Part shown: positions 40,040-47,060 of the stretch, one piece after another | Layout: every line of letters begins with the position of its first letter | How positions within the stretch are numbered: position 1 is the first letter of the stretch | From: a virus | Lineage: Duplodnaviria > Caudoviricetes | IMG/VR virus record: IMGVR_UViG_3300035498_000698 | Coordinates: 7,863 to 71,862 of that record | DNA length: 64,000 nt | Strand: one strand, 5' to 3' | Notes under the pieces: model-generated | Told to the model about the DNA's origin: nothing | What the model saw: only the letters and a program-made list of their open reading frames with translations | Databases searched by the model: none | Position numbers and translations under genes: made by a program

Positions 40040-40091
40040 TTTTTAAATCTTGAATGCGGGCGTTTGCTATGCGAGCAGATATAAGCATAAA

Positions 40092-40124
40092 AAAATGGGA
40101 AGTGATTAATTTCACTTCCCATTT
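40092..40124. terminator. bidirectional terminator between convergent blocks
   Basis: AAATGGGAAGTGA/TCACTTCCCATTT hairpin with A- and T-runs on either side. Confidence 0.8.
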
Positions 40125-40129
40125 AATTT

Positions 40130-41620
40130 TTATTTTACAGCTGCATATCTCTCTGATGTAATAGCTTCAAGGCAAAGATCCCATCCAGTTTTACCAGTGA
40201 GAATCTGTTTAAAGATACTAGGAGATGCGCCGCTTACAAATGAAACATTTGGACCAGCATCAAGGATAGTGTCTTTAGAAGCATTAACATTCCAATAAAC
40301 TAACTTAGGCATTTTTAATCCACAAGCTTCCCATTCTTTTCTAATCCATTCCATTTCAGTACACGTCCTGCTAGAGTCCCAATAACCATATGACATACTA
40401 TCAATCTGCATATCAGAAATAATAACAACAGTCTCTAATCTGTCTTCTGGTTTTGTTTTTAAACTAACATTTTTTAAAAGATCAAAAGTAGCTTTAATAT
40501 TGGTGTTTTCACATAAATTAGTCTTATAAATTCTACGAACTTTATCTACAAAGTCTACTCCCTGAATATGAATTAACTGCGGTTTTGAAGAGAAACTAAT
40601 ATAGTGATCTTTAAAAGGTCCACCAACTCGTTCTGCACAATACATTCCAAGACCAATAGCCATATTAATTGGAGCAGATGCCGAAGTCCCAGTCATACTT
40701 CCCGATGTGTCTACAACGCACATCATTTTGCAAGGTTTTCCTTCAAGATAATCTTCAAGTCCATTCCAATATTTTTCAAGCATTGCTCTGTCTATATCAG
40801 AAAGGTAATTAAAACGATAACTCCATTTATCTCCGCGTTCAGTAGCTTTATAGACTACTTCATAAGGATAAAGAGTTTTAGCGTTAACTGTAATATTTTC
40901 ATCTTTTGCAAAAGTTTCATATTTTTTAGCAATAATATCTCTACGAGCAAAAGCGTTCTTATAGATTAATCCAGCCTTTGATGGAATCTTATCAAATTCA
41001 ATTTCATCCCATCTATTTGCAGACATAAGTCTTTCAAGTACATTAATTCTCTTACGCAGTTCAGAAAGAACTTTTCTATACTGTCTGTGCGTAAAGCCAA
41101 GATATGATCTTACAATATTTGCTAATCTTTTAGTCTCTGCGGAAGATGCATTCTCAGATGGAAGCCATTTTGCAAGCAGAGATGGAGTTTTGCACTGAAC
41201 ATCAAGAGCTAATTGTTCCTTAATAAAGCCAAGGGCATGTTTTTCTAGCGGAGTGCCAATACAAGAGTAAAGTACATCGTCCCATCTACGATAAGTAGGA
41301 ATGTTCTCTAAGTTGCGGGCTGCCGCCTCAGGATGCTTATTAGCCAGCCATTTGAAACATGTACGAAAGAATCTACGCTCTCCCTGACCGCCGCGACAAT
41401 CTGCAATATAAAATAAACATTTAAGCGCTAAGGTCTCATCCTCTTCAAATGCATTTTTAAAAAGTAGAATACAATCTTCATCACTTCTTTTGCGATAACT
41501 AGCGCCCAATGCAAAAAGATCATATACCGCAGAATTGGTAGTTTTATGAGCCAGCGCGCCATTTTCAGTATAAGTAAAGTTAGTTGCGTTTTTAAGATTT
41601 GTCATAAATGAGTTTTCCAT
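40130..41620 (-). CDS. DUF2828-family protein (helical N-domain + vWA; Ro60/TROVE-like architecture inferred)
   Basis: TENGALAHKTT, DCRGGQGERRFFR, RRWDD, LAKWLPSE; MIDAS residues DTSGS, NTN, ISDMQ; LVYWNV. Confidence 0.8.
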   Translation of the reverse strand: MENSFMTNLKNATNFTYTENGALAHKTTNSAVYDLFALGASYRKRSDEDCILLFKNAFEEDETLALKCLFYIADCRGGQGERRFFRTCFKWLANKHPEAAARNLENIPTYRRWDDVLYSCIGTPLEKHALGFIKEQLALDVQCKTPSLLAKWLPSENASSAETKRLANIVRSYLGFTHRQYRKVLSELRKRINVLERLMSANRWDEIEFDKIPSKAGLIYKNAFARRDIIAKKYETFAKDENITVNAKTLYPYEVVYKATERGDKWSYRFNYLSDIDRAMLEKYWNGLEDYLEGKPCKMMCVVDTSGSMTGTSASAPINMAIGLGMYCAERVGGPFKDHYISFSSKPQLIHIQGVDFVDKVRRIYKTNLCENTNIKATFDLLKNVSLKTKPEDRLETVVIISDMQIDSMSYGYWDSSRTCTEMEWIRKEWEACGLKMPKLVYWNVNASKDTILDAGPNVSFVSGASPSIFKQILTGKTGWDLCLEAITSERYAAVK

Positions 41621-41671
41621 ATTCCCTTAATCTCCTTTTAATCTTTTAGATTTGGTAATTTTCATTACCTA

Positions 41672-41798
41672 ATAATGCTCTTTTGGCAGAGGAGGTCTCT
41701 TCTGCGCTCAACCTTTTTCTCCAGGCTTCTTGTTTAGCTAAGACAAGGTTCCTTTTGATTATTACGGACTTATACCGCCCCTCCCAAAAGAGCATTAT
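41672..41798 (-). ncRNA. structured RNA between a promoter and the DUF2828 start
   Basis: 15-bp perfect terminal stem ATAATGCTCTTTTGG/CCAAAAGAGCATTAT with internal hairpins; promoter-like boxes at 41816-41842. Confidence 0.6.
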
Positions 41799-41821
41799 CT
41801 TTTCTTTATATAAATACTATA

Positions 41822-42094
41822 TCATAATTTTTTATTTTTCAAGCTATCCATTAATTCTTGATAAATAATTGTTTCTACTTTATCTAAATCAAAATCAGAT
41901 TCAATAATTTTAATTGTATTTTGAGATCCCATTACTTCAAAAATTAGCATAGGATTTTCCTGTGTTGCTCTTTGCATTGCATAGTTCATAAAATTTTGAA
42001 GAAAATAAATAGCATCATCAGAATTTTCAAAAAGAATAATTTTTCCTTTATTTTGGAAGTAATAATTTTTACTTAAATCTTTAATACATAACAT
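41822..42094 (-). CDS. hypothetical protein
   Basis: 90-aa ORF with SD. Confidence 0.55.
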   Translation of the reverse strand: MLCIKDLSKNYYFQNKGKIILFENSDDAIYFLQNFMNYAMQRATQENPMLIFEVMGSQNTIKIIESDFDLDKVETIIYQELMDSLKNKKL

Positions 42095-42170
42095 ATTTTA
42101 ATCCCTTTCTCAAAATAAGTTAATTTATTTATTACATTTTCTATTTTTCAATAGGAAAGGATGATGTGAA

Positions 42171-42353
42171 ATGAACAATAATCAAAACATTAATGATTTA
42201 TTTTTAATGATTGCTTTATATAATAGTTGCTTAGGACTTTATAATAGTTCATTAAATACAACAGAAGAAGATAATCAAAAAGCAATCATGGATAAATTGA
42301 ATAAAATTGATGCGGATTTACAAAAAATAAAAGCGGCTATTCATATAGAATAG
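42171..42353 (+). CDS. hypothetical protein
   Basis: 60-aa ORF with SD AGGA, opposite strand to its neighbours. Confidence 0.5.
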   Translation: MNNNQNINDLFLMIALYNSCLGLYNSSLNTTEEDNQKAIMDKLNKIDADLQKIKAAIHIE

Positions 42354-42367
42354 TCATTTTTTTATTA

Positions 42368-42450
42368 AGTGGATAGAGAGATTTGAACTCTCGCGCATAT
42401 AGCTTACTGGTTTTGCAGACCAGCTCCATAAGCCACTCGGACATATCCAC
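42368..42450 (-). tRNA. tRNA-Cys(GCA) with long variable arm
   Basis: CUGGU-CUGCAAA-ACCAG anticodon arm, U73, ~14-nt variable region. Confidence 0.85.
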
Positions 42451-42460
42451 ATTAAATTAC

Positions 42461-42542
42461 AAGAGACAAAATTTTTTACACTTTATAAATTGGATTTAAA
42501 ATAAAGAATCTTGTTATTATTAAAAATTGCTGTGCGTCTCTT
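42461..42542 (-). ncRNA. ACWGCAA-family RNA 1
   Basis: Terminal stem AAGAGAC/GUCUCUU then G-CACAGCAA. Confidence 0.6.
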
Positions 42543-42548
42543 ATTAAA

Positions 42549-42618
42549 TCTCCTAAAGAGGATTCGAACCTCTATCCTCTTAGATCAATCAGCGCTCTAA
42601 CCATTAAGCTATTAGGAG
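42549..42618 (-). tRNA. tRNA-like gene with defective anticodon arm
   Basis: Intact acceptor, D and T arms; only 20 nt between D and T arms and no 5-bp anticodon stem. Confidence 0.65.
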
Positions 42619-42678
42619 TGAAGTCTACGGCAATTCCGATCTCCGTAGACTTTTAGGAAAGGGATTTTGATAATGGAC

Positions 42679-42838
42679 TAGACAAGAAAGATATTTATAA
42701 TCTATCGTTGTTAATTTATTCTAAATATCTCAAGAAATGAATAAATTTTTCTACGCTCTAAAAAGAGAAATCTTTTAATATCATCATAGATAGAATTAAT
42801 TGTTATTATACTTATACAATTTGCAGTTATCTTGTCTA
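42679..42838 (-). ncRNA. ACWGCAA-family RNA 2 (160 nt, multibranch)
   Basis: Terminal stem UAGACAAGA/UCUUGUCUA then UAACUGCAA; several internal hairpins. Confidence 0.6.
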
Positions 42839-42839
42839 A

Positions 42840-42911
42840 AGCACCATAAGGTAGTCGAAACCTCGTCCGATGATTGGAAGTCATCTATTCTATCCGTTGA
42901 ACTAATGGTGC
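42840..42911 (-). tRNA. tRNA-Gly(UCC)
   Basis: GAUGA-CUUCCAA-UCAUC; full cloverleaf, U73. Confidence 0.9.
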
Positions 42912-42915
42912 AATA

Positions 42916-43035
42916 TTTAACAACTAAAGATTAAGCGAATTTATATTTCATAATCACTTTAAATGCGGAGGCTAACTCTAATCTCCCTCACATACTTAAT
43001 CAAACTATTAGAGCAAGTTTTATTCAGTTGTTAAA
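42916..43035 (-). ncRNA. terminal-stem structured RNA
   Basis: 10-bp terminal IR UUUAACAACU/AGUUGUUAAA with nested GAUUAAG/CUUAAUC and AUGUGAGG/CCUCCGCAU helices. Confidence 0.5.
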
Positions 43036-43106
43036 AGCTCCTATCCGGAATCGAACCAGAAAGAAGAGGTTACAAAGCTCTCATTTTACCGTTAAATTAT
43101 AGGAGC
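43036..43106 (-). tRNA. tRNA-Thr(UGU)
   Basis: Loop UUUGUAA; cloverleaf with one anticodon-stem mismatch. Confidence 0.85.
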
Positions 43107-43131
43107 AAAAGATGCTAAAGCATCTAATATA

Positions 43132-43428
43132 TTATTTATCAGTTGTTGCTTTCTTTAAACAAGACTTAGCTTCTTTAATTAAAGTTTTACTTTTAAGAAG
43201 TTTTTTATTATATCCATTCAATAAGAACTGTTTAGAAGTTTCCTGCGCGGTTGCCGCTTCTTCAGTTTCTTTGATAAGATCTTCCTCTTTTAATTTCTTA
43301 GCATTTTTAATAGCATTTCTAAATTTCTGTTCTCTCTTGTAAACATCATATTTATTTTTAATATTTCCAAATCCCAATGCATTAGTACCTACAAGTGCCC
43401 AGCCTTTTGACATTCTTAAATCTTTCAT
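43132..43428 (-). CDS. hypothetical basic protein
   Basis: 98-aa ORF after promoter 43467-43495. Confidence 0.55.
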   Translation of the reverse strand: MKDLRMSKGWALVGTNALGFGNIKNKYDVYKREQKFRNAIKNAKKLKEEDLIKETEEAATAQETSKQFLLNGYNKKLLKSKTLIKEAKSCLKKATTDK

Positions 43429-43466
43429 TATAAAATTCCCTTTCTTGTTTTTCTTTTGATATAATA

Positions 43467-43495
43467 ATTATATCATAAAATTTTTAAAAAATCAA
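43467..43495 (-). promoter_or_regulatory. promoter TTGATT-N17-TATAAT (duplicated at 47088-47116, near-copy at 44759-44787)
   Basis: 45 nt identical at 43451-43495 and 47072-47116. Confidence 0.85.
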
Positions 43496-43505
43496 ATTTT
43501 TTAAA

Positions 43506-43577
43506 TATCTCTACAAGGAATCGAACCTTGATTAAATGATTAGAAATCATTTGTTCTTTCCATTAAACTATAAAGAT
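43506..43577 (-). tRNA. tRNA-Arg(UCU)
   Basis: AAUGA-UUUCUAA-UCAUU. Confidence 0.9.
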
Positions 43578-43581
43578 AAAA

Positions 43582-43680
43582 AATCTCTAACTTGGCGGGG
43601 GATAAAGTCCATACCCCATACTTTAAATTACATCGACATTTTGCCTAATAACCTAATTATTACCTTTCACGCTAGAGATT
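43582..43680 (-). ncRNA. terminal-stem structured RNA
   Basis: AAUCUCUAGC/GUUAGAGAUU terminal stem plus internal hairpins. Confidence 0.45.
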
Positions 43681-43683
43681 TAA

Positions 43684-43755
43684 TACTCCATATAGGACTT
43701 GAACCTACATTACTAGTTCCGTAGACTAGTGCTCTTTCCATTAAGCTAATGGAGC
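43684..43755 (-). tRNA. tRNA-Arg(ACG)
   Basis: CUAGU-CUACGGA-ACUAG. Confidence 0.9.
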
Positions 43756-44029
43756 AAAATGAGAACTTAACCTAAGCTTTTTTGTCGTTAGAAAACATTA
43801 TCTTGTTCTCAAGGTGGGTGGATTAAAGATCTTAATATCTAAACGCTGTCCGCCAGCAGCTCAGCTTTTATCGTATCTAACTAAGTAACGGAATTATAAC
43901 GCTTTTTCTGCGGATGGTGTCGATATATTCGCAAAGAGACTAGCCTCACTCTTTAAAAGGTTCGCGAACTCGATCAGAGTAACTTTCCATCATTATATTT
44001 TTATTAAATTGGTTTCCAACCAATTAAAC

Positions 44030-44088
44030 TGGCGGTCTAGGATTTGAACCTTCAGAGGGTCCAGTACTACCAGCCTACACCAACCGCC
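44030..44088 (-). tRNA. 59-nt tRNA-like element lacking an anticodon arm
   Basis: GGCGGUU/GACCGCC acceptor, GGUUCAAAUCC T-loop, D-loop-like GGUAG. Confidence 0.45.
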
Positions 44089-44095
44089 AATAACT

Positions 44096-44177
44096 AGAGG
44101 CAAATGGATTCGAACCATTTAAAAAATTTTTCATCATAAATTTTTATTTACCTTTTTTAAAATTGCTGTATGCCTCT
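44096..44177 (-). ncRNA. ACWGCAA-family RNA 3 (acceptor stem + T arm hybrid)
   Basis: AGAGGCA/UGCCUCU 7-bp stem, UACAGCAA, and AAUGG-UUCGAAU-CCAUU T arm abutting the 3' strand. Confidence 0.65.
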
Positions 44178-44180
44178 TAA

Positions 44181-44255
44181 CAGCCCCTACTGGATTCGAA
44201 CCAGTCCAACACACGGAGTCAAAGTCCGCGGCCCTTCCATCTAGGCTAAGGAGCT
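44181..44255 (-). tRNA. tRNA-Gln(UUG)
   Basis: GCGGA-CUUUGAC-UCCGU. Confidence 0.9.
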
Positions 44256-44261
44256 AAAAAC

Positions 44262-44329
44262 AAAGCACATTTTGTTAGTTTTATTTGAATAATAGTCAAA
44301 TCCTAATAAATTTTTGCTGTATGTGCTTT
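44262..44329 (-). ncRNA. ACWGCAA-family RNA 4
   Basis: AAAGCACAU/AUGUGCUUU terminal stem then ACAGCAA. Confidence 0.6.
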
Positions 44330-44380
44330 TCATTTATAGCATAAAATTTTTTAAAAAATCAATTAATTTTGATTTTTAAA

Positions 44381-44451
44381 GGTGACTAAAGGGAATTGAA
44401 CCCTTATATGCGGATCCACAAACCGCCGTTCTACCATTAAACTATAGTCAC
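44381..44451 (-). tRNA. tRNA-His(GUG)
   Basis: GUG anticodon, C73; no encoded G-1. Confidence 0.9.
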
Positions 44452-44453
44452 AA

Positions 44454-44528
44454 TCGGAATGACAGGATTTGAACCTGCAAGTCTCTTGAACCCAAATCAA
44501 GCGCGATCCCAAATTACGCTACATTCCG
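44454..44528 (-). tRNA. tRNA-Pro(UGG)
   Basis: CUUGA-UUUGGGU-UCAAG. Confidence 0.9.
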
Positions 44529-44534
44529 AAACAC

Positions 44535-44642
44535 AAGACGCCTTGTTTCTTTTGCTCTACCAATTGAGCTATTTTCAATTTTATAATAACTTGAAAAACA
44601 GGAATCGAACCCGCAACTTTCTATTTTTGCAGTGTGCGTCTT
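44535..44642 (-). ncRNA. ACWGCAA-family RNA 5: circularly permuted tRNA mimic (YrlA-like Y RNA)
   Basis: AAGACGC/GCGUCUU stem, ACACUGCAA, then T arm, closed 7-bp acceptor stem, UA, D arm in that order. Confidence 0.75.
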
Positions 44643-44659
44643 TTAGTATTTTTAATAAC

Positions 44660-44743
44660 AAGACAGAATTATTAATTTTATTAGCGTTTACCTAAATTAA
44701 ATGTTAATATAATTAAATATTTGATTTTTGCTGTGTCTGTCTT
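44660..44743 (-). ncRNA. ACWGCAA-family RNA 6
   Basis: AAGACAGA/UCUGUCUU terminal stem then CACAGCAA; first element after promoter 44759-44787. Confidence 0.6.
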
Positions 44744-44796
44744 TCTTATTATATAATAATTATATCATAAAATTTTTAAAAAATCAAATAAAAATA

Positions 44797-45162
44797 TTAA
44801 TTATCGTCCCAATTGATATCTTCTAAAAAATCTAACCAATCTATCATTTCATCTTCAAAAGAATCAATTTGAGCTTTCATTTTATCTTCAAATCTTTTTT
44901 CTTGTAAGGTTTTTATATGGCGTCCGCGCCAATCCTTACCTCTACATAAAGGACAAGAACAATGAATCTTTCCTTTTGAGTACATACCATCATAAGGATA
45001 TTCCCAACCACTATGATATTTTGAACAAATCTTTTTCTTGCGGTTAATATGCTTTTTTCGCATCCGTCGATAATAACCTCTACTATGATTCATAGCATTC
45101 ATCTCCTTAGCGCCGCACACAGGATTCGAACCTGCAAATCCTTTCAGATCAACGCATTTCAA
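44797..45162 (-). CDS. hypothetical basic protein (true start probably MNAMNH or later)
   Basis: The track start overlaps tRNA-Ser; YSKGKIHCSCPLC motif; SD upstream of 45101. Confidence 0.55.
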   Translation of the reverse strand: MKCVDLKGFAGSNPVCGAKEMNAMNHSRGYYRRMRKKHINRKKKICSKYHSGWEYPYDGMYSKGKIHCSCPLCRGKDWRGRHIKTLQEKRFEDKMKAQIDSFEDEMIDWLDFLEDINWDDN

Positions 45163-45192
45163 GTGCGCTTCTTCACCACCCAGACATACGGC
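45111..45192 (-). tRNA. tRNA-Ser(UGA)
   Basis: GCGCA-CUUGAAA-UGCGU, long variable arm, G73. Confidence 0.8.
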
Positions 45193-45209
45193 ACATAGTA
45201 GCTTAAAAG

Positions 45210-45542
45210 CTACATGTTTTTAATAATTTCATCAATTGCTTTATAAGCTTTTGACTCTTCTGCAATAGAATCAGAGAAATATTTCTGCATATTTGCATAT
45301 TTAGATTCTGCGTTAATAAGATCTTTTTCAGCTTTCTGCATTTCTTTAATAGCTCTTTTACTGCGTTTTGTTGCTACTTTTGCATTACAGCGGGCTATAG
45401 CTAACTGAACACCTTTATCCAGGTCAAATGAATCTCGCGGATCAAGCCTAGCAATTCCTCGAACTGTTTTTCCCGCATAAGTAGATGTTGCTATAACTTC
45501 ATTTTTGCCATTGGTAAAAATTTTGTAATTAGAAAACTCCAT
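45210..45542 (-). CDS. hypothetical protein
   Basis: GKTVRGIAR.DPRD.FD...G..LA..R motif; SD GGAG. Confidence 0.6.
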   Translation of the reverse strand: MEFSNYKIFTNGKNEVIATSTYAGKTVRGIARLDPRDSFDLDKGVQLAIARCNAKVATKRSKRAIKEMQKAEKDLINAESKYANMQKYFSDSIAEESKAYKAIDEIIKNM

Positions 45543-45573
45543 TTTAAATCTCCTTTTATCTCTTTTTTAATAA

Positions 45574-45664
45574 CGACACTAACTAGACTCGAACTAGTAC
45601 GCCGAATAAACGACTACTCTGTGATTAGCAATCACATGCCTTACCAAATTAGGCTTATAGTGCC
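45574..45664 (-). tRNA. tRNA-Ser(GCU)
   Basis: UGUGA-UUGCUAA-UCACA, long variable arm, G73. Confidence 0.9.
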
Positions 45665-45736
45665 ATAAGCTAATAGTTTTTATAACATCTAGAATGTAAG
45701 ATCTTGTTCGATCTTAGTTACAAAAACTTTCGCTAA

Positions 45737-45818
45737 TACGGAAAGAGGGCTACGATCCCTCACGCCTTTCAGCACAGGCTTCTAAGACCCGCATGTCTAC
45801 CAATTCCATCATTTCCGC
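45737..45818 (-). tRNA. tRNA-Leu(UAG)
   Basis: Loop CUUAGAA, long variable arm; non-canonical T loop AUCGUAG. Confidence 0.85.
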
Positions 45819-46156
45819 AAATATTGAGTAGAGAAAGTATCTTTAAGATACTCAAGCATAACGATTTTTCCTCATTTAACCTCTATGAAAATCTATAATA
45901 CTATGCTCAAAAATTAGAGTCCTCAATTAAATTAATGATTAGCTACCTCTCAAAACTAATCGGATAGAAACTTACTCACCCCTAGGTTTTGTCCTTACCT
46001 TATGAGTTCACTTCAGTTCTATCACAGTTGTTTTATGGACAAATCGTGAAGAGGTTTTTAATAATTAGTTCGCAGACTTATTTATACTCTTTAGCTTCAA
46101 CTCGTTTTTCAGAGTTTTTAAGCCACTGTCTATATTATATATAAATCAGTGCTTAG

Positions 46157-46238
46157 TACGGATGACGGGACTTGAACCCGTAAGACCTAAGTCAGGGGAT
46201 TTTAAGTCCCCGGTGTTTGCCGATTTCACCACATCCGC
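46157..46238 (-). tRNA. tRNA-Leu(UAA)
   Basis: GGGGA-CUUAAAA-UCCCC. Confidence 0.9.
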
Positions 46239-46244
46239 TTAATG

Positions 46245-46625
46245 ATTTCTAAGCGCCCCCACCCTTCTTAGAATGATTACCGCCCTCAGCATTTATTAAC
46301 ACGCTGTAGTAATCCCAAATTTCAATTTTGACTTTTACTACAATAGCCCAAAGTCAAAAAGCTATCATAAGGTTCGCTAATCTTTAGCGCGACTATCTCT
46401 CTACAAAGGATATTTCCGAGTTATCTTTTAGTTCTTTTACCTTATGTTGGCGGTAAACCAAGTGACGAGGAAATATCAATGCCACCTCTAAAACCGATCC
46501 TAAGATGTCTGTCTATCATTATTTTATGTGATAATAATTACAAACACGCTCTTTCTTTTGCCTCGTGGATTGGAGGGCAAGTTTATTTTTTACTTCTTTA
46601 CTTACGCTAGAAGTGCTCTTGTCGA
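46245..46625 (-). ncRNA. large pseudoknotted RNA, ROOL-like candidate
   Basis: ORF-free; many 7-10 bp helices including crossing pairs; family call from recalled motifs only. Confidence 0.55.
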
Positions 46626-46630
46626 GCAAG

Positions 46631-46713
46631 TGGGCGGGGTTGGACTCGCACCAACGGTGTTTCATTGTGGGAGATTTACAGTCTCTTGCCCTCGCTACTA
46701 GGCATACCCGCCC
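46631..46713 (-). tRNA. tRNA-Tyr(GUA)
   Basis: Loop CUGUAAA, variable arm, T loop UGCGAGU. Confidence 0.85.
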
Positions 46714-46714
46714 A

Positions 46715-46985
46715 AGATATATCTGATTTAGTTTTACGGACTAAATCACTGAATGATATCATCACCCCTGCCGAATACTATTTAGACGTATTTTTCTGGT
46801 TTTCCTAAAAGTGGTTTTCTCATTCTCCCACTGCGTTTATATACCGAGCTAGGATGGACGCGGTCAGTTAACTATATCATCAGATTGCCGTCTGACTAGA
46901 GTTTGTACTTCACTCTTCCAATTACTTAACTTTCTAATTGGTAAAACGTTATCGGGACTTGAAGCGCGACTTCCGCATGCCGATA
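46715..46985 (-). ncRNA. unassigned structured RNA
   Basis: ORF-free; at least six hairpins (UUAUCGG/CCGAUAA, CCAAUUA/UAAUUGG, UGAUUUAGU/ACUAAAUCA etc.). Confidence 0.4.
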
Positions 46986-46987
46986 AA

Positions 46988-47060
46988 TACCTAAGATTGG
47001 ATTCGAACCAATGATAATCTGATTATGATTCGGATGCCTTAACCTCTTGGCTACATAGGT
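46988..47060 (-). tRNA. tRNA-Met/Ile2(CAU)
   Basis: Loop AUCAUAA; cloverleaf with two mismatches. Confidence 0.75.
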
